Shown here one piece after another: positions 13,861 to 27,777 of a DNA stretch of 64,000 nucleotides. Each line of letters opens with the position of its first letter. Positions within the stretch are counted from its first letter, which is position 1. The position numbers and the translations under genes are program-made. The notes under the pieces were generated by a model. It saw nothing but the letters and a program-made list of their open reading frames with translations. It did not search any database and had not been told where the DNA came from. Location: positions 124,001-188,000 of the forward strand of contig NIVC01002007.1 in the NCBI GenBank assembly GCA_002269645.1, written 5' to 3'. The stretch comes from Macrostomum lignano (taxonomy: Eukaryota).

Positions 13861-14654
13861 CCTTCAGGTCTGCATTAGAAAGGCGATTTCGGCACCAGCT
13901 GCCAGAGCACACTTGGGAAGGCAGTTAGGTAGATGGTGTGTTAAAAAACCGCATGTCATCAATTTGAAGGCCGATGGTGATGGCGATAGATGGAGAATCT
14001 TTTGCCCCAAGTCTTTGTGTCACCGGCTGGGGTGGTGGGGGGGGGGTTCAATTCAATGTATAGAGAGGCACACAGAGGCCACAACACCTCGACTGCCTAG
14101 CGCACACATTAGCACACGACCGGGTTATTAAATTTTCAAGAAGTATAGAAATTCTCACTCACACACAGAGAGGCCTGGCGGATGGGCAGGGCGGGGCCGG
14201 CCGACTCTCTCAAATTTAAGACCACCCGCCGGGCCAGTTGTGGTCAAACAGGCGGAGCCCGGCAAGGTGCGCCAGTCTCACACCTGCCAGACTGCATGCA
14301 GGGTGTCTATCGATGAATAATCGGACCACTCGACTCGGACATTTTGGTGTTGAGAACCTCGCAATCTGAGGAGAGGGACAGGGGGGGCTATGGATGTCAA
14401 TTAGGGATTGTTGTTGGCCGACTCTTTCACCGCGTTCCACTCCTCCCAGCTGTCCCAAGGTGGGCGACAATTTAAAAAAATGACAGCTACGAATGATTTC
14501 TCAGAAAGATCATTTTTTGTTAAGGATTTTGATTGTTTTTGGAATCAGAAAAGAGAATTCGAACCCTAATTCCCCTTCCTGTCGACTATGTTTCCTAGAA
14601 ATGAAGCAATCGAATTGTGATTTAATTAGAACCACACTTCTTGGAATCTCTGTC

Positions 14655-15530
14655 TCCCTCATCTAGTCTCGCTTTCTAATAATTTCTCTTATCTTATCTC
14701 ACTTTCTAAGAATTTCTCTTATCTAATCTCACTTTCTAAGAATTTCTCTTATTTAGTCTTACTTTCTAAGAATCTATTTCATCAAGTCACACTTGCAAAG
14801 AACGTCTTCTATCTAGTCTCACTTTCTTAGCAATTCGCCCTCAAGCGTATTTTTTAAAGAATTTCAATCTCATCTCTCATCTAGTCTCACTCTCTAAGAA
14901 TCTTTCTCATCTAGTCTCAGTTTCTAAGAATCTTTCTCTCATCTAGTCTCACTTTCTAAGAATCGTTATTTCATCTAGTCTCACTTTCTAAGAATCTTTC
15001 TCTTATCTAGTCTCACTTTCTAAGAATCTTTCTCTCATCTAGTCTTACTATTTTAGAATCTCTCTCATCTAGTCTCACTTTCTAAGAATCTTTCTCTTAT
15101 CTATTCTCACGTTCTAAGAATGTTTCTCTCATCTAGTCTTACTATTTTAGAATCTCTCTCATCTAGTCTCACTTTTTAAGAATCTTTCTCTCATCTAGTC
15201 TCACCTTTTAAGAATCTTTCTCTCATCTAGTCTCACTTTTTAAGAATCTTTCTCTCATCTATTCTCACTTTTTAAGAATATTTCTCTCATCTATTCTCAC
15301 TTTCTAAGAATGTTTCTCTCATCTAGTCTTACTATTTTAGAATCTCTCTCATCTAGTCTCACTTTTTAAGAATCTTTCTCTCATCTAGTCTCACTTTTTA
15401 AGAATATTTCTCTCATCTATTCTCACTTTCTAAGAATCTTTCTCTTATCTATTCTCACGTTCTAAGAATGTTTCTCTCATCTAGTCTTACTATTTTAGAA
15501 TCTCTCTCATCTAGTCTCACTTTCTTAGAA
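14655..15530. repeat. Minisatellite, ~31-34 nt unit (catctagtctcactttctaagaatctttctct)
   Basis: Direct. Confidence 0.92.
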
Positions 15531-16009
15531 ATTTTCCCTCAAATCTAGTTTCGCTTTCTTGGAATCTTCCACTCAAACTGTTATCCCGTCACTCATATTT
15601 CTAAAAAAGTTTCACACAGCTCAATGCAAGCTCATAAAACAGTCTGAAATGGCTCTCCATCCGAAATTTCATCCACTTATTCTCACCTTCCCAGCTTCCC
15701 CCTCTCAAGTTCTTTGACTTCCCCATCAAACATCGGTCTCAGCATCAGAGACTCCGCGCCCCGGTGTCGGCAAAATAATAATTAGTGTTTTGGAACTCGC
15801 GAGGAGAAGTGGAGTATCGACGCCGGGTCCAACAATCTGAGAGTGGGCGGAGCTGTTCAACTCTCTCCTGTGTTTGAGTCCCCGAGTTATTTTCATACTG
15901 TTTCATGCTGCTTTTTTGACGGACACCTCAACTGCGCCCGGTGTTGGTTACCCGGGCCTCGCCGGCCTGAATAATTAAGAAACAATCAAGTCCCGCGCCG
16001 CGATTGAAA

Positions 16010-16101
16010 ATGGATTTCTCCGCACTCTTCATCATCATCATCATCAGCTTGGCCAGCATCTCAGGCTGGGGGAGAAGCTGGCGGCTGCTCAGCAACTACA
16101 G
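16010..16101 (+). CDS. Candidate first coding exon encoding a signal peptide (MDFSALFIIIIISLASISGWGRSWRLLSNY)
   Basis: ATG in aaaATGG context, a hydrophobic h-region, then a phase-2 donor AG|GTAAAA. A phase-compatible acceptor exists at 19399. No full gene could be reconstructed. Confidence 0.35.
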
Positions 16102-16230
16102 GTAAAATGGGATAGCTGAGGACAAAAACTTATGAGAAGGATGGGGGCGGATCCATACCTGTGTTTGTGTTTCATTCTACAGTAAAACACACCTACCACA
16201 ACCACAGAGTCCTCACTGATGCTTTGAAGG

Positions 16231-17037
16231 CCCCGATCCCAGATCCCCGATCCCAGATCCCCGATCCCAGATCCCCGATCCCAGATCCCCGATCCCAGAT
16301 CCCCGATCCCAGATCCCCGATCCCAGATCCCCGATCCCAGATCCCCGATCCCAGATCCCCGATCCCAGATCCCCGATCCCAGATCCCCGATCCCAGATCC
16401 CCGATCCCAGATCCCCGATCCCAGATCCCCGATCCCAGATCCCCGATCCCAGATCCCCGATCCCAGATCCCCGATCCCAGATCCCCGATCCCAGATCCCC
16501 GATCCCAGATCCCCGATCCCAGATCCCCGATCCCAGATCCCCGATCCCAGATCCCCGATCCCAGATCCCCGATCCCAGATCCCCGATCCCAGATCCCCGA
16601 TCCCAGATCCCCGATCCCAGATCCCCGATCCCAGATCCCCGATCCCAGATCCCCGATCCCAGATCCCCGATCCCAGATCCCCGATCCCAGATCCCCGATC
16701 CCAGATCCCCGATCCCAGATCCTAGATCCCAGATCCCCGATCCCAGATCCCGATCCCAGATCCCCGATCCCAGATCCCCGATCCCAGATCCCCGATCCCA
16801 GATCCCCGATCCCAGATCCCCGATCCCAGATCCCCGATCCCAGATCTCCGATCCCAGATCCCCGATCCCAGATCCCCGATCCCAGATCCCCGATCCCAGA
16901 TCCCCGATCCCAGATCCCCGATCCCAGATCCCCGATCCCAGATCCCCGATCCCAGATCCCCGATCCCAGATCCCCGATCCCAGATTCCCGATCCCAGATC
17001 CCCGATCCCAGATCCCCGATCCCAGATCCCCGATCCC
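16231..17037. repeat. 14 nt satellite (GATCCCAGATCCCC)n
   Basis: Direct; explains the PDPRSQI ORF. Confidence 0.97.
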
Positions 17038-17932
17038 TGACTCAAACTCAGCTTGACTCCATGCGGTCCCATGATGAAGTTGAGCAGCTCTCAGAAGCGG
17101 AGGAAAGCGAGCTGGAAAGTGAGAGTGAGTTGAGCAGGCGCTTGCAGGCTCCTAGAAATGATTGTGAGATGAATTGTTTGCTGAGTGGGTCTCGCCAGCC
17201 ACTAAGCGAGAGGAAGGCAGGAGGCGGGAAGCAGCTTAATTCCTTGGCTGACTCCTCCCGTCAGCCAAGGGGCCGTCCCCGGACCCCCTGGCTTGGCGGT
17301 GACGGGGTATTCCAGAGCTCTGCCTGATCCTCACTTTGGTGGGAAAACTCCACTCGCTTGGCGGGGATTTCGGGATGAATGTGTCGGGGAAAAAGTTGTC
17401 GGTCGGAGTGTCGGTTTCGTGCAATGAGTTGAGAGGGCAGAAAACCATTGCCTTCTTTTGCCTGCTGTGGTTTTAATAACTCCCCCACCCCCGATTCACC
17501 TCTAGTCCCTACGATATAGGACTAACAGGGATAATCTTCCCCGCCTTACAGAATGACGACTTCTTTTAAGCCTCAAGAGGTTGTTAAATTTTTGTTCCGA
17601 GTTTTTTTAAGGATAAGCCAACTTTATGGCGTTGGGGTTTCTTTCTTCTGACTGTGTGAGATCCTCACGGGAATGAGGGCACACCTTTATAGCGAGTTTA
17701 GCTCTGTGTACTAGCAATCTACGCTCCCCAACGGGAGAAAGCAATATGTTATAAAGAATTTAAATAAACTACATGAAGCTTCTGACCTTCAGCCTTGACG
17801 TCTCAGCAATTCCACTTAAGCCTTGCCAGCTTAGCAATCCCCCCAGCAAGCCTTGACATCTCAGCAATTCCCCCAGCAAGTCTTGACGTCTTAGTAATTC
17901 CCCCGAGCAAGCATCCTCCGATAACAAGCACC

Positions 17933-18688
<756 letters not shown>

Positions 18689-19497
18689 TTTTCATTTCTA
18701 TGCCCCATAACTACACAATTTTTTCCTTTCATTTCGCAAGGTCATTGAAATTTATTTCTTGTTTTTTTAGTCCAGCTCTGAACTGCCTCGCGGGCAGAAG
18801 TCCCGAAGTCATGAGGCCCGATCGGAATGAGCGGACTAAAAAGCAGCAAAGACAGACAGGCAGTTGAAGTCCCGTCGCAGAACCCACAGCATATCATTAG
18901 GTTGATAATCAAAGACAAGTTTTAGAGCCTGTTTGACATGAGCGAGTCAGACACCCGCAGGGCAGCGACCCTCAACAATGGCTGGATGTCTTTGTCAGTC
19001 CCGTCTCCTCCCTCTTGACTTGATTGTATTATAAAGTGTGCAATTTTTTGCTGTATTTTTAAAGCAAAAAAATCGCAACACTAAAACATGCGCAGGGAGT
19101 CGAATCACCATCACCGTCATGCGGGTGGGCAGATTATGATCTGTTAGCATAATTGAGAAATGTCTCTTATGACAATTCATCACTTTACAGTCAATGATGC
19201 CCCAGGGGACACGCGGTGAGGGGGGCGGCGGGCGATCGGCAACTCTTCATTTGTCGGACAAGTTTAGGCTGGCCAGTCTGCATGGCACAGAGAGTGTACA
19301 TGCTTGAAGATTACAAAGTCAGGGCCGCTGAACACCCTGTGGGAGCATGTGCATGAGTGCCTGCTTGCGTACAGTGTTGGCCGCTTGTATGTGCTCAGGA
19401 GTCTGAGGAATGGGCAGCATTGCATTGCCTCAGCGGTGCCTGTGGGACTGTGTCGCCGAAGGCGATACGCCATGGTGCACGCAGCCCTCCTTAAAAA

Positions 19498-20433
19498 GGA
19501 GAGAGGAAAGAGGAGAGACGAGAGAGGAGAGAGGAAGGAGGAGAGAGGAGAGAGGAGAGAGGAGAGAGGAGAAAAGTGGAGAGAGGAGAGAGGAGAGAGG
19601 AGAGAGGAGAGAGGAGAGAGGAGAGAGGAGAGAGGAGAGAGGAGAGAGGAGAGAGGAGAGAGGAGAGAGGAGAGAGGAGAGAGGAGAAAAGTGGAGAGAG
19701 GAGAGAGGAGAGAGGAGAGAGGACAGAGGAAGGAGGAGAGAGGAGAGAGGAGAGAGGAGAGAGGAGAGAGGAGAAAAGTGGAGAGAGGAGAGAGGAGAAA
19801 GGAGAGAGGAGAGAGGAGAGAGGAGAGAGGAGAGAGGAGAGAGGAGAGAGGAGAGAGGAGAGAGGAGAGAGGAGAGAGGAGAGAGGAGAGAGGAGAGAGG
19901 AGAGAGGAGAGAGGAGAGAGGAGAGAGGAGAAAAGTGGAGAGAGGAGAGAGGAGAGAGGAGAGAGGAGAAAAGTGGAGAGAGGAGAGAGGAGAGAGGAGA
20001 GAGGAGAGAGGAGAGAGGAGAGAGGAGAGAGGAGAGAGGAGAGAGGAGAGAGGAGAAAAGTGGAGAGAGGAGAGAGGAGAGGAGAGAGGACAGAGGAAGG
20101 AGGAGAGAGGAGAGAGGAGAGAGGAGAGAGGAGAGAGGAGAAAAGTGGAGAGAGGAGAGAGAGAGAGGAGAGAGGAGAGAGGAGAGAGGAGAGAGGAGAG
20201 AGGAGAGAGGAGAGAGGAGAGAGGAGAGAGGAGAGAGGAGAGAGAGAGAGGAGAGAGGAGAGAGGAGAGAGGAGAAAAGTGGAGAGAGGAGAGAGGAGAG
20301 AGGAGAGAGGAGAAAGTGGAGAGAGGAGAGAGGAGAGAGGAGAGAGGAGAGAGGAGAGAGGAGAGAGAGAGAGAGAGAGGAGAGAGGAGAGAGGAGAAAA
20401 GTGGAGAGAGGAGAGAGGAGAGAGGAGAAAAGT
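19498..20433. repeat. (GAGAG)n purine microsatellite with gagaaaagtg variants
   Basis: Direct. Confidence 0.96.
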
Positions 20434-21060
20434 GGGGATGAGATCAGAGGAGAGATCCGATGAGAGATAAAAGGAGAGAAGAGAGAAGCGAGCTGAGAAG
20501 AGAAACAAACCTTGAGGGGGCCGGATTGCTATTGTGAAGATTCAAAACGTCCCGAGGGCCGGATAGAGAGGCTTCGCAAGCTGATAAAACTGAAGTCAGC
20601 CTGCCATTGTCTGAAAATTTGGGTTTTGTGGAGAAGAGTTCTCAGCCCTCCAGGTTCCGTTGCTGGGCCTCCTTGCCCCAGAGCAACCAGACAAGCCTTT
20701 TGAGTAAAAAAAACTTGCGAATTTGATTGGCAACTGTTCGGTTCCAATAATTCATATAATTATCAATAATTCAGCAACCCCCCCCTATGACTTACCTGAT
20801 CTGCTCGGCAATTGGTGAAGGCGGTTTTCATGGATAGTTAAAAATCATCGATAATAACCCTGCAGCGAAAGCAGCTCAACTGAGGAGAAAAAACTCGATT
20901 CGGCTCAAATATCCCGCAGTTTCTATGGGTGTCTCGGTGACCGAGTTCTCCAAAGTTTATTTTATGATTAAAAAGTGAGAATTCAAAACTCAAACCTCTC
21001 GAGTGTATTGAGAATTTTATCCCAAGGGAAAGCTTTGAGTATCTCATAAAAAATTTTGTG

Positions 21061-22568
21061 CCAGATCCTAGATCCCAGATCCTAGATCCCAGATCCTAGA
21101 TCCCAGATCCTAGATCCCAGATCCTAGATCCCAGATCCTAGATCCCAGATCCTAGATCCCAGATCCTAGATCCCAGATCCTAGATCCCAGATCCTAGATC
21201 CCAGATCCTAGATCCCAGATCCTAGATCCCAGATCCTAGATCCCAGATCCTAGATCCCAGATCCTAGATCCCAGATCCTAGATCCCAGATCCTAGATCCC
21301 AGATCCTAGATCCCAGATCCTAGATCCCAGATCCTAGATCCCAGATCCTAGATCCCAGATCCTAGATCCCAGATCCTAGATCCCAGATCCTAGATCCCAG
21401 ATCCTAGATCCCAGATCCTAGATCCCAGATCCTAGATCCCAGATCCTAGATCCCAGATCCTAGATCCCAGATCCTAGATCCCAGATCCTAGATCCCAGAT
21501 CCTAGATCCCAGATCCTAGATCCCAGATCCTAGATCCCAGATCCTAGATCCCAGATCCTAGATCCCAGATCCTAGATCCCAGATCCTAGATCCCAGATCC
21601 TAGATCCCAGATCCTAGATCCCAGACCCTAGATCCCAGATCCTAGATCCTAGATCCCAGATCCTAGATCCCAGATCCTAGATCCCAGATCCTAGATCCCA
21701 GATCCTAGATCCCAGATCCTAGATCCCAGATCCTAGATCCCAGATCCTAGATCCCAGATCCTAGATCCCAGATCCTAGATCCCAGATCCTAGATCCCAGA
21801 TCCTAGATCCCAGATCCTAGATCCCAGATCCTAGATCCCAGATCCTAGATCCCAGATCCTAGATCCCAGATCCTAGATCCCAGATCCTAGATCCCAGATC
21901 CTAGATCCCAGATCCTAGATCCCAGATCCTAGATCCCAGATCCTAGATCCCAGATCCTAGATCCCAGATCCTAGATCCCAGATCCTAGATCCCAGATCCT
22001 AGATCCCAGATCCTAGATCCCAGATCCTAGATCCCAGATCCTAGATCCCAGATCCTAGATCCCAGATCCTAGATCCCAGATCCTAGATCCCAGATCCTAG
22101 ATCCCAGATCCTAGATCCCAGATCCTAGATCCCAGATCCTAGATCCCAGATCCTAGATCCCAGATCCTAGATCCCAGATCCTAGATCCCAGATCCTAGAT
22201 CCCAGATCCTAGATCCCAGATCCTAGATCCCAGATCCTAGATCCCAGATCCTAGATCCCAGATCCTAGATCCCAGATCCTAGATCCCAGATCCTAGATCC
22301 CAGATCCTAGATCCCAGATCCTAGATCCCAGATCCTAGATCCCAGATCCTAGATCCCAGATCCTAGATCCCAGATCCTAGATCCCAGATCCTAGATCCCA
22401 GATCCTAGATCCCAGATCCTAGATCCCAGATCCTAGATCCCAGATCCTAGATCCCAGATCCTAGATCCCAGATCCTAGATCCCAGATCCTAGATCCCAGA
22501 TCCTAGATCCCAGATCCTAGATCCCAGATCCTAGATCCCAGATCCTAGATCCCAGATCCTAGATCCCA
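21061..22568. repeat. 14 nt satellite (GATCCTAGATCCCA)n, nearly perfect
   Basis: Direct; about 107 units with very few variants. Confidence 0.98.
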
Positions 22569-23017
22569 CGTCCCAGCAAAAATATGACTGGAATTCCTAA
22601 AAGCGAGACTCAGTTTCCAAATATTTGGAACAAAGTCAGCAGCAGTTGAAAATCCGAGTTCCTAAAACCCCAGATGATGGCACCAGCAGAAATCTCAGGC
22701 CATTTCAATCCAGTCATTTGAGCCATTGTAGCACCAATTTTCAAGTGCTCGATTAAAATGAAGAAAAAACAACGCAGATAAAAAATTGAAAACTGGAAAC
22801 TCCAATGTTGACAAACATTTGCTCAGAACCCTGTCCCTCAGGCGCCAAGGCCCGCATTGGCTCAGGGAGCTCTCAGAAGCCCCTCTTCATCGTTTGGTGG
22901 CTCAGTCTCTTGAGGATTTCAAACTTTTAACCTAGCAGTTGACACGACACTCGACCGAAATAGAATGCTTTCTCTGACCAGCAGATCCTGGCTGGGAAAT
23001 TCGTGGTTATACGAGTA

Positions 23018-23479
23018 TCTGTGTCACTCTGTGTCACTCTGTGTCACTCTGTGTCACTCTGTGTCACTCTGTGTCACTCTGTGTCATTCTGTGTCACTCT
23101 GTGTCACTCTGTGTCACTCTGTGTGTCACTCTGTGTGTCACTCTGTATCACTCTGTGTCACTCTGTGTCACTCTGTGTCACTCTGTGTCACTCTGTGTCA
23201 CTCTGTGTCACTCTGTGTCACTCTGTGTGTCACTCTGTGTCACTCTGTGTGTCACTCTGTGTCACTCTGTGTCACTCTGTGTCACTCTGTGTCACTCTGT
23301 GTCACTCTGTGTCACTCTTTGTCACTCTGTGTCACTCTGTGTCACTCTGTGTCACTCTGTGTCACTCTGTGTCACTCTGTGTCAATCTGTGTCACTCTGT
23401 GTCACTCTGTGTCACTCTGTGTGTCACTCTGTGCCACTCTGTGTCACTCTGTGCCACTCTGTGTCACTCTGTGCCACTC
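23018..23479. repeat. 10 nt satellite (GTGTCACTCT)n
   Basis: Direct. Confidence 0.96.
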
Positions 23480-24099
23480 CACCTTTTCATCATTTCGTAC
23501 CTTAACCCACTCAGACTCCTTACCTAGTCTCACAATATTTATCCCGGTTGCAACTTGTTTCATTTTAAAAAAGCAGCAATGTAAGCGTCAAAATACAACC
23601 TATATATTAGTGGACCGTTTTTATTTGTTTTATAGGTCAGTAGAAAAGAGATTAATGCAGGGACTCGGTTTAATAGCGTAAAAATATCTCTCTGTGTGTG
23701 CCGGAGCGGTCAGAGAGACAGACGGACCGACAGGCTTCCTTATCGCGTGTCACGTCGTATTATTGAGCCTCTAGCTCTGGAGTAGAATCCGAGGGACAAA
23801 AAGGTGGGAGAAAGATCCCCTCCACAGGCAAAGCCGGTTAGCTATAACCCTGATTGAGAAAAATGTCTCATTTATGCGAGTCGTCTCAAGCGTCTCAGCT
23901 GCTGCAGCCACAAAGTGGCCTCCGAATGAAAAAAAATTCTTTCGGTCACGACATTCAAAATTCTGACTGAACCCCCCCCCAGCCGAGGCCTCCCACTGCC
24001 CGCTTTGGGTGTCCGCATTATGAGCGGAGGGACCTGGTCTCTAATGAGTGAGAACCGATCGCTTCAGATCGGCCTTCTGAACTTCCTCCGTTCAAGTCC

Positions 24100-24885
24100 G
24101 TCTCATTCTCCATCTCCCTCTCATTCTCCACCTCTCTCTCATTCTCCACCTCCCTCTCATTCTCCATCTCCCTCTCATTCTCCACCTCCCTCTCATTCTT
24201 TATCTCCCTCTCATTCTCCATCTCCGTCTCATTCTCCATCTCCCTCTCATTCTCCATCTCCGTCTCATTCTCCATCTCCCTCTCATTCTCCATCTCCCTC
24301 TCATTCTCCATCTCCCTCTCATTCTCCATCTCCCTCTCATTCTCCATCTCCCTCTCATTCTCCATCTCCGTCTCATTCTTTATCTCCCTCTCATTCTCCA
24401 CCTCCCTCTCATTCTCCACCTCCTTCTCATTCTCCATCTCCCTCTCATTCTCCATCTCCCTCTCATTCTCCATCTCCCTCTCATTCTCCCTCTCCCTCTC
24501 ATTCTTTATCTCCCTCTCATTCTCCATCTCCCTCTCATTCTCCATCTCCCTCTCATTCTCCATCTCCCTCTCATTCTCCATCTCCCTCTCATTCTCCATC
24601 TCCCTCTCATTCTCCATCTCCCTCTCATTCTCCCTCTCCCTCTCATTCTTTATCTCCCTCTCATTCTCCATCTCCCTCTCATTCTTTATCTCCCTCTCAT
24701 TCTCCATCTCCCTCTCATTCTCCATCTCCGTCTCATTCTCCATCTCCCTCTCATTCTCCATCTCCGTCTCATTCTCCATCTCCCTCTCATTCTCCATCTC
24801 CCTCTCATTCTCCATCTCCCTCTCATTCTCCACCTCCCTCTCATTCTCCATCTCCCTCTCATTCTCTATCTCCCTCTCATCCATC
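24100..24885. repeat. 18 nt minisatellite (tctcattctccatctccc)n
   Basis: Direct; explains the SHSPSP and ENEREM ORFs. Confidence 0.96.
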
Positions 24886-25354
24886 TCTTCTTTCCTAAAC
24901 ATGACGCAGAAATATTATAGAAGAGCCACAACAATTAATTTAGAAAGGCGTTGATATACTACTTCCGATCGGTGATAGTAGTAAGAGTACAATTTTTTCA
25001 TAATCAAATTAAGGCATGGCTAAAATGTACTCAGCAACATTGAAAAGCCGCCACCCTTTGACCCAGTGAGCAGCGTCTTTCACCTGGCCAACCATTCTGA
25101 TATTAAAAAATTCTCCAATCCATCCAATCTTCGCCCTCCGCTCTTCCCAATCGCTCCTCACCCAGCCCAACTCTGCGCCGCGTGGCGCAAAGTTGCGTCA
25201 CTCAAAAGTCAATATTGAGCTAGAATTTACTGCGCACTCTCAAAGGTGGCGACTTTGTTGAATGTTGAATGTTGTTGAGCATATATTTTAGGGTGAATTT
25301 GTTTTTCTTACAGAATTTATATCACCCTGACACCCTTTGTCATCCTCTTTCGGT

Positions 25355-26110
25355 CTCAGTCACTCTCAGTCACTCTAAGTCACTCTCAGTCACTCTAAGT
25401 CACTCTAAGTCACTCTCAGTCACTCTAAGTCACTCTCAGTCACTCTAAGTCACTCTCAGTCACTCTAGGTCACTCTCAGTCACTCTCAGTCACTCTAAGT
25501 CACTCTAAGTCACTCTCAGTCACTCTAAGTCACTCTAAGTCACTATTAAGTCACTCTCAGTCACTCTCAGTCACTCTAAGTCACTCTCAGTGACTCTCAG
25601 TCACTCTCAGTCACTCTCAGTCACTCTCAGTCACTCTCAGTCACTCTAAGTCACTCTCAGTCACTCTCAGTGACTCTCAGTCACTCTCAGTCACTCTCAG
25701 TCACTCTCAGTCACTCTCAGTCACTCTAAGTCACTTTCAGTCACTCTAAGTCACTCTCAGTCACTCTCAGTCACTCTCAGTCACTTTCAGTCACTCTAAG
25801 TCACTCTAAGTCACTCTAAGTCACTATTAAGTCACTCTCAGTCACTCTCAGTCACTCTCAGTCACTTTCAGTCACTCTCAGTCACTTTCAGTCACTCTAA
25901 GTCACTCTCAGTCACTCTCAGTCACTCTCAGTCACTTTCAGTCACTCTAAGTCACTCTCAGTCACTCTAAGTCACTATTAAGTCACTCTCAGTCACTTTC
26001 AGTCACTCTCAGTCACTTTCAGTCACTCTAAGTCACTCTCAGTCACTCTAAGTCACTCTAAGTCACTATCAAGTCACTCTCAGTCACTCTCAGTCACTCT
26101 CAGTCTCTTT
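25355..26110. repeat. 10 nt satellite (AGTCACTCT[C/A])n
   Basis: Direct. Confidence 0.96.
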
Positions 26111-26643
26111 CAATCACTCAAAGTCACACTCTGTCACATTGTGTCACACTCTATTAAGTCCGAGAAATGCTTATTGATACCTTTAATTTTTCTGCCGACC
26201 ATATCAGACAAATACTACTCGTAGTATTTGTATTTCAGCGGTGCATTTTTATCATTTAATATCCGATAATAAGAGGTCTCAGAAAGTTTTACAATTGCAT
26301 TTTAGTAAAACCAAGGCTCGTGCTACGATTAATTAAATGAATCAAGCAATTTGACTGAATAAAACAATAAATATACAGAAGCATTCGTTCTCAAGATTTA
26401 CAGTCAATAAAAATTAATAAAATTGATACGAAGTGAAATATTTGAAATGAAATAAAATTGAAATTGAAATTCAAGCAATGACGCGTTGATAAGAACAACG
26501 AAGGTTATCAGGATTATTCAAGCTGAATTATAACAAATTGTGCGTGGATTAAAAATGTAAATCGAGATGAAGTTGCAATTTAATGTAGCCAAAATGACTA
26601 ATGAATTTTACTATCAAAATTTTATCTGAAATATTTCTAGTCA

Positions 26644-27550
26644 ATGAGGTCACTGAGGTTTATAGGGTCACTGGGGTCATGAGGTCACTGAGGTTCATAG
26701 GGTCACTAGGGTCATAAGGTCAATGAGGTTCATAGGGTCACTAGGGTCATGAGGTCACTGAGGTTCATAGGGCCACTAGGGTCATAAGGTCAATGAGGTT
26801 CATAGGGTCAATGGGGGCATGAGATCACCGAGGTTAATAAGGTCACTGGGGTCATGAGGTCACTGAGGTTCATAGGGTCCCTGGGTCATGAGGTCACTGA
26901 GGTTCATAGGGTCAATGGGGTCATGAGGTCACAGAGGTTCATAGGGTCAATGGGGTCATGAGGTCACTGAGGTTCATAGGGTCAATGGGGTCATGAGGTC
27001 ACAGAGGTTCATAGGGTCAATGGGGTCATGAGGTCACTGAGGTTCATAGGGTCAATGGGGTCATGAGGTCACAGAGGTTCATAGGGTCCCTGGGTCATGA
27101 GGTCACAGAGGTTCATAGGATCCCTGGGTCATGAGGTCACAGAGGTTCATAGGGTCAATGGGGTCATGAAGTCACTGAGGTTCATAGGGTCAATGGGGTC
27201 ATGAGGTCACAGAGGTTCATAGGGTCCCTGGGTCATGAGGTCACAGAGGTTCATAGGATCCCTGGGTCATGAGGTCACAGAGGTTCATAGGGTCGATGGG
27301 GTCATGAGGTCACCGAGGTTCATAGGGTCAATGGGGTCATGAGGTCACAGAGGTTCATAGGGTCAATGGGGTCATGAAGTCACTGAGGTTCATAGGGTCC
27401 CTGGGGTCATGAGGCCACCGAGGTTCATAGGGTCACTGGGGTCATGAAGTCACTGAGGTTCATAGGGTCCCTGGGTCATGAGGTCACTGAGGTTCATAGG
27501 GTCAATGGGGTCATGAGGTCACAGATGTTCATAGGGTCCCTGAGGTCATC
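26644..27550. repeat. Minisatellite, ~34-35 nt unit (ggggtcatgaggtcactgaggttcatagggtcaat)
   Basis: Direct. Confidence 0.93.
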
Positions 27551-27777
27551 AGGCTACTGGGGATCACATAATCATTGGGGTCGATATTGGTCACGAGGGT
27601 CACGGAGGGTTATGGAGTCCCCGCAATGGGTATCATGGTTTCACTAGGGTTTATGCTCACTGGCGTCACTGAGGACCTCGTCACTGGGGTCCGAATGGTT
27701 AGCTATTATGGTCAGCTCTGAGTCCATGCGGATGCACTCAGTCCACAAATCCACAAACTCCTAGCGGAGCTCCGACC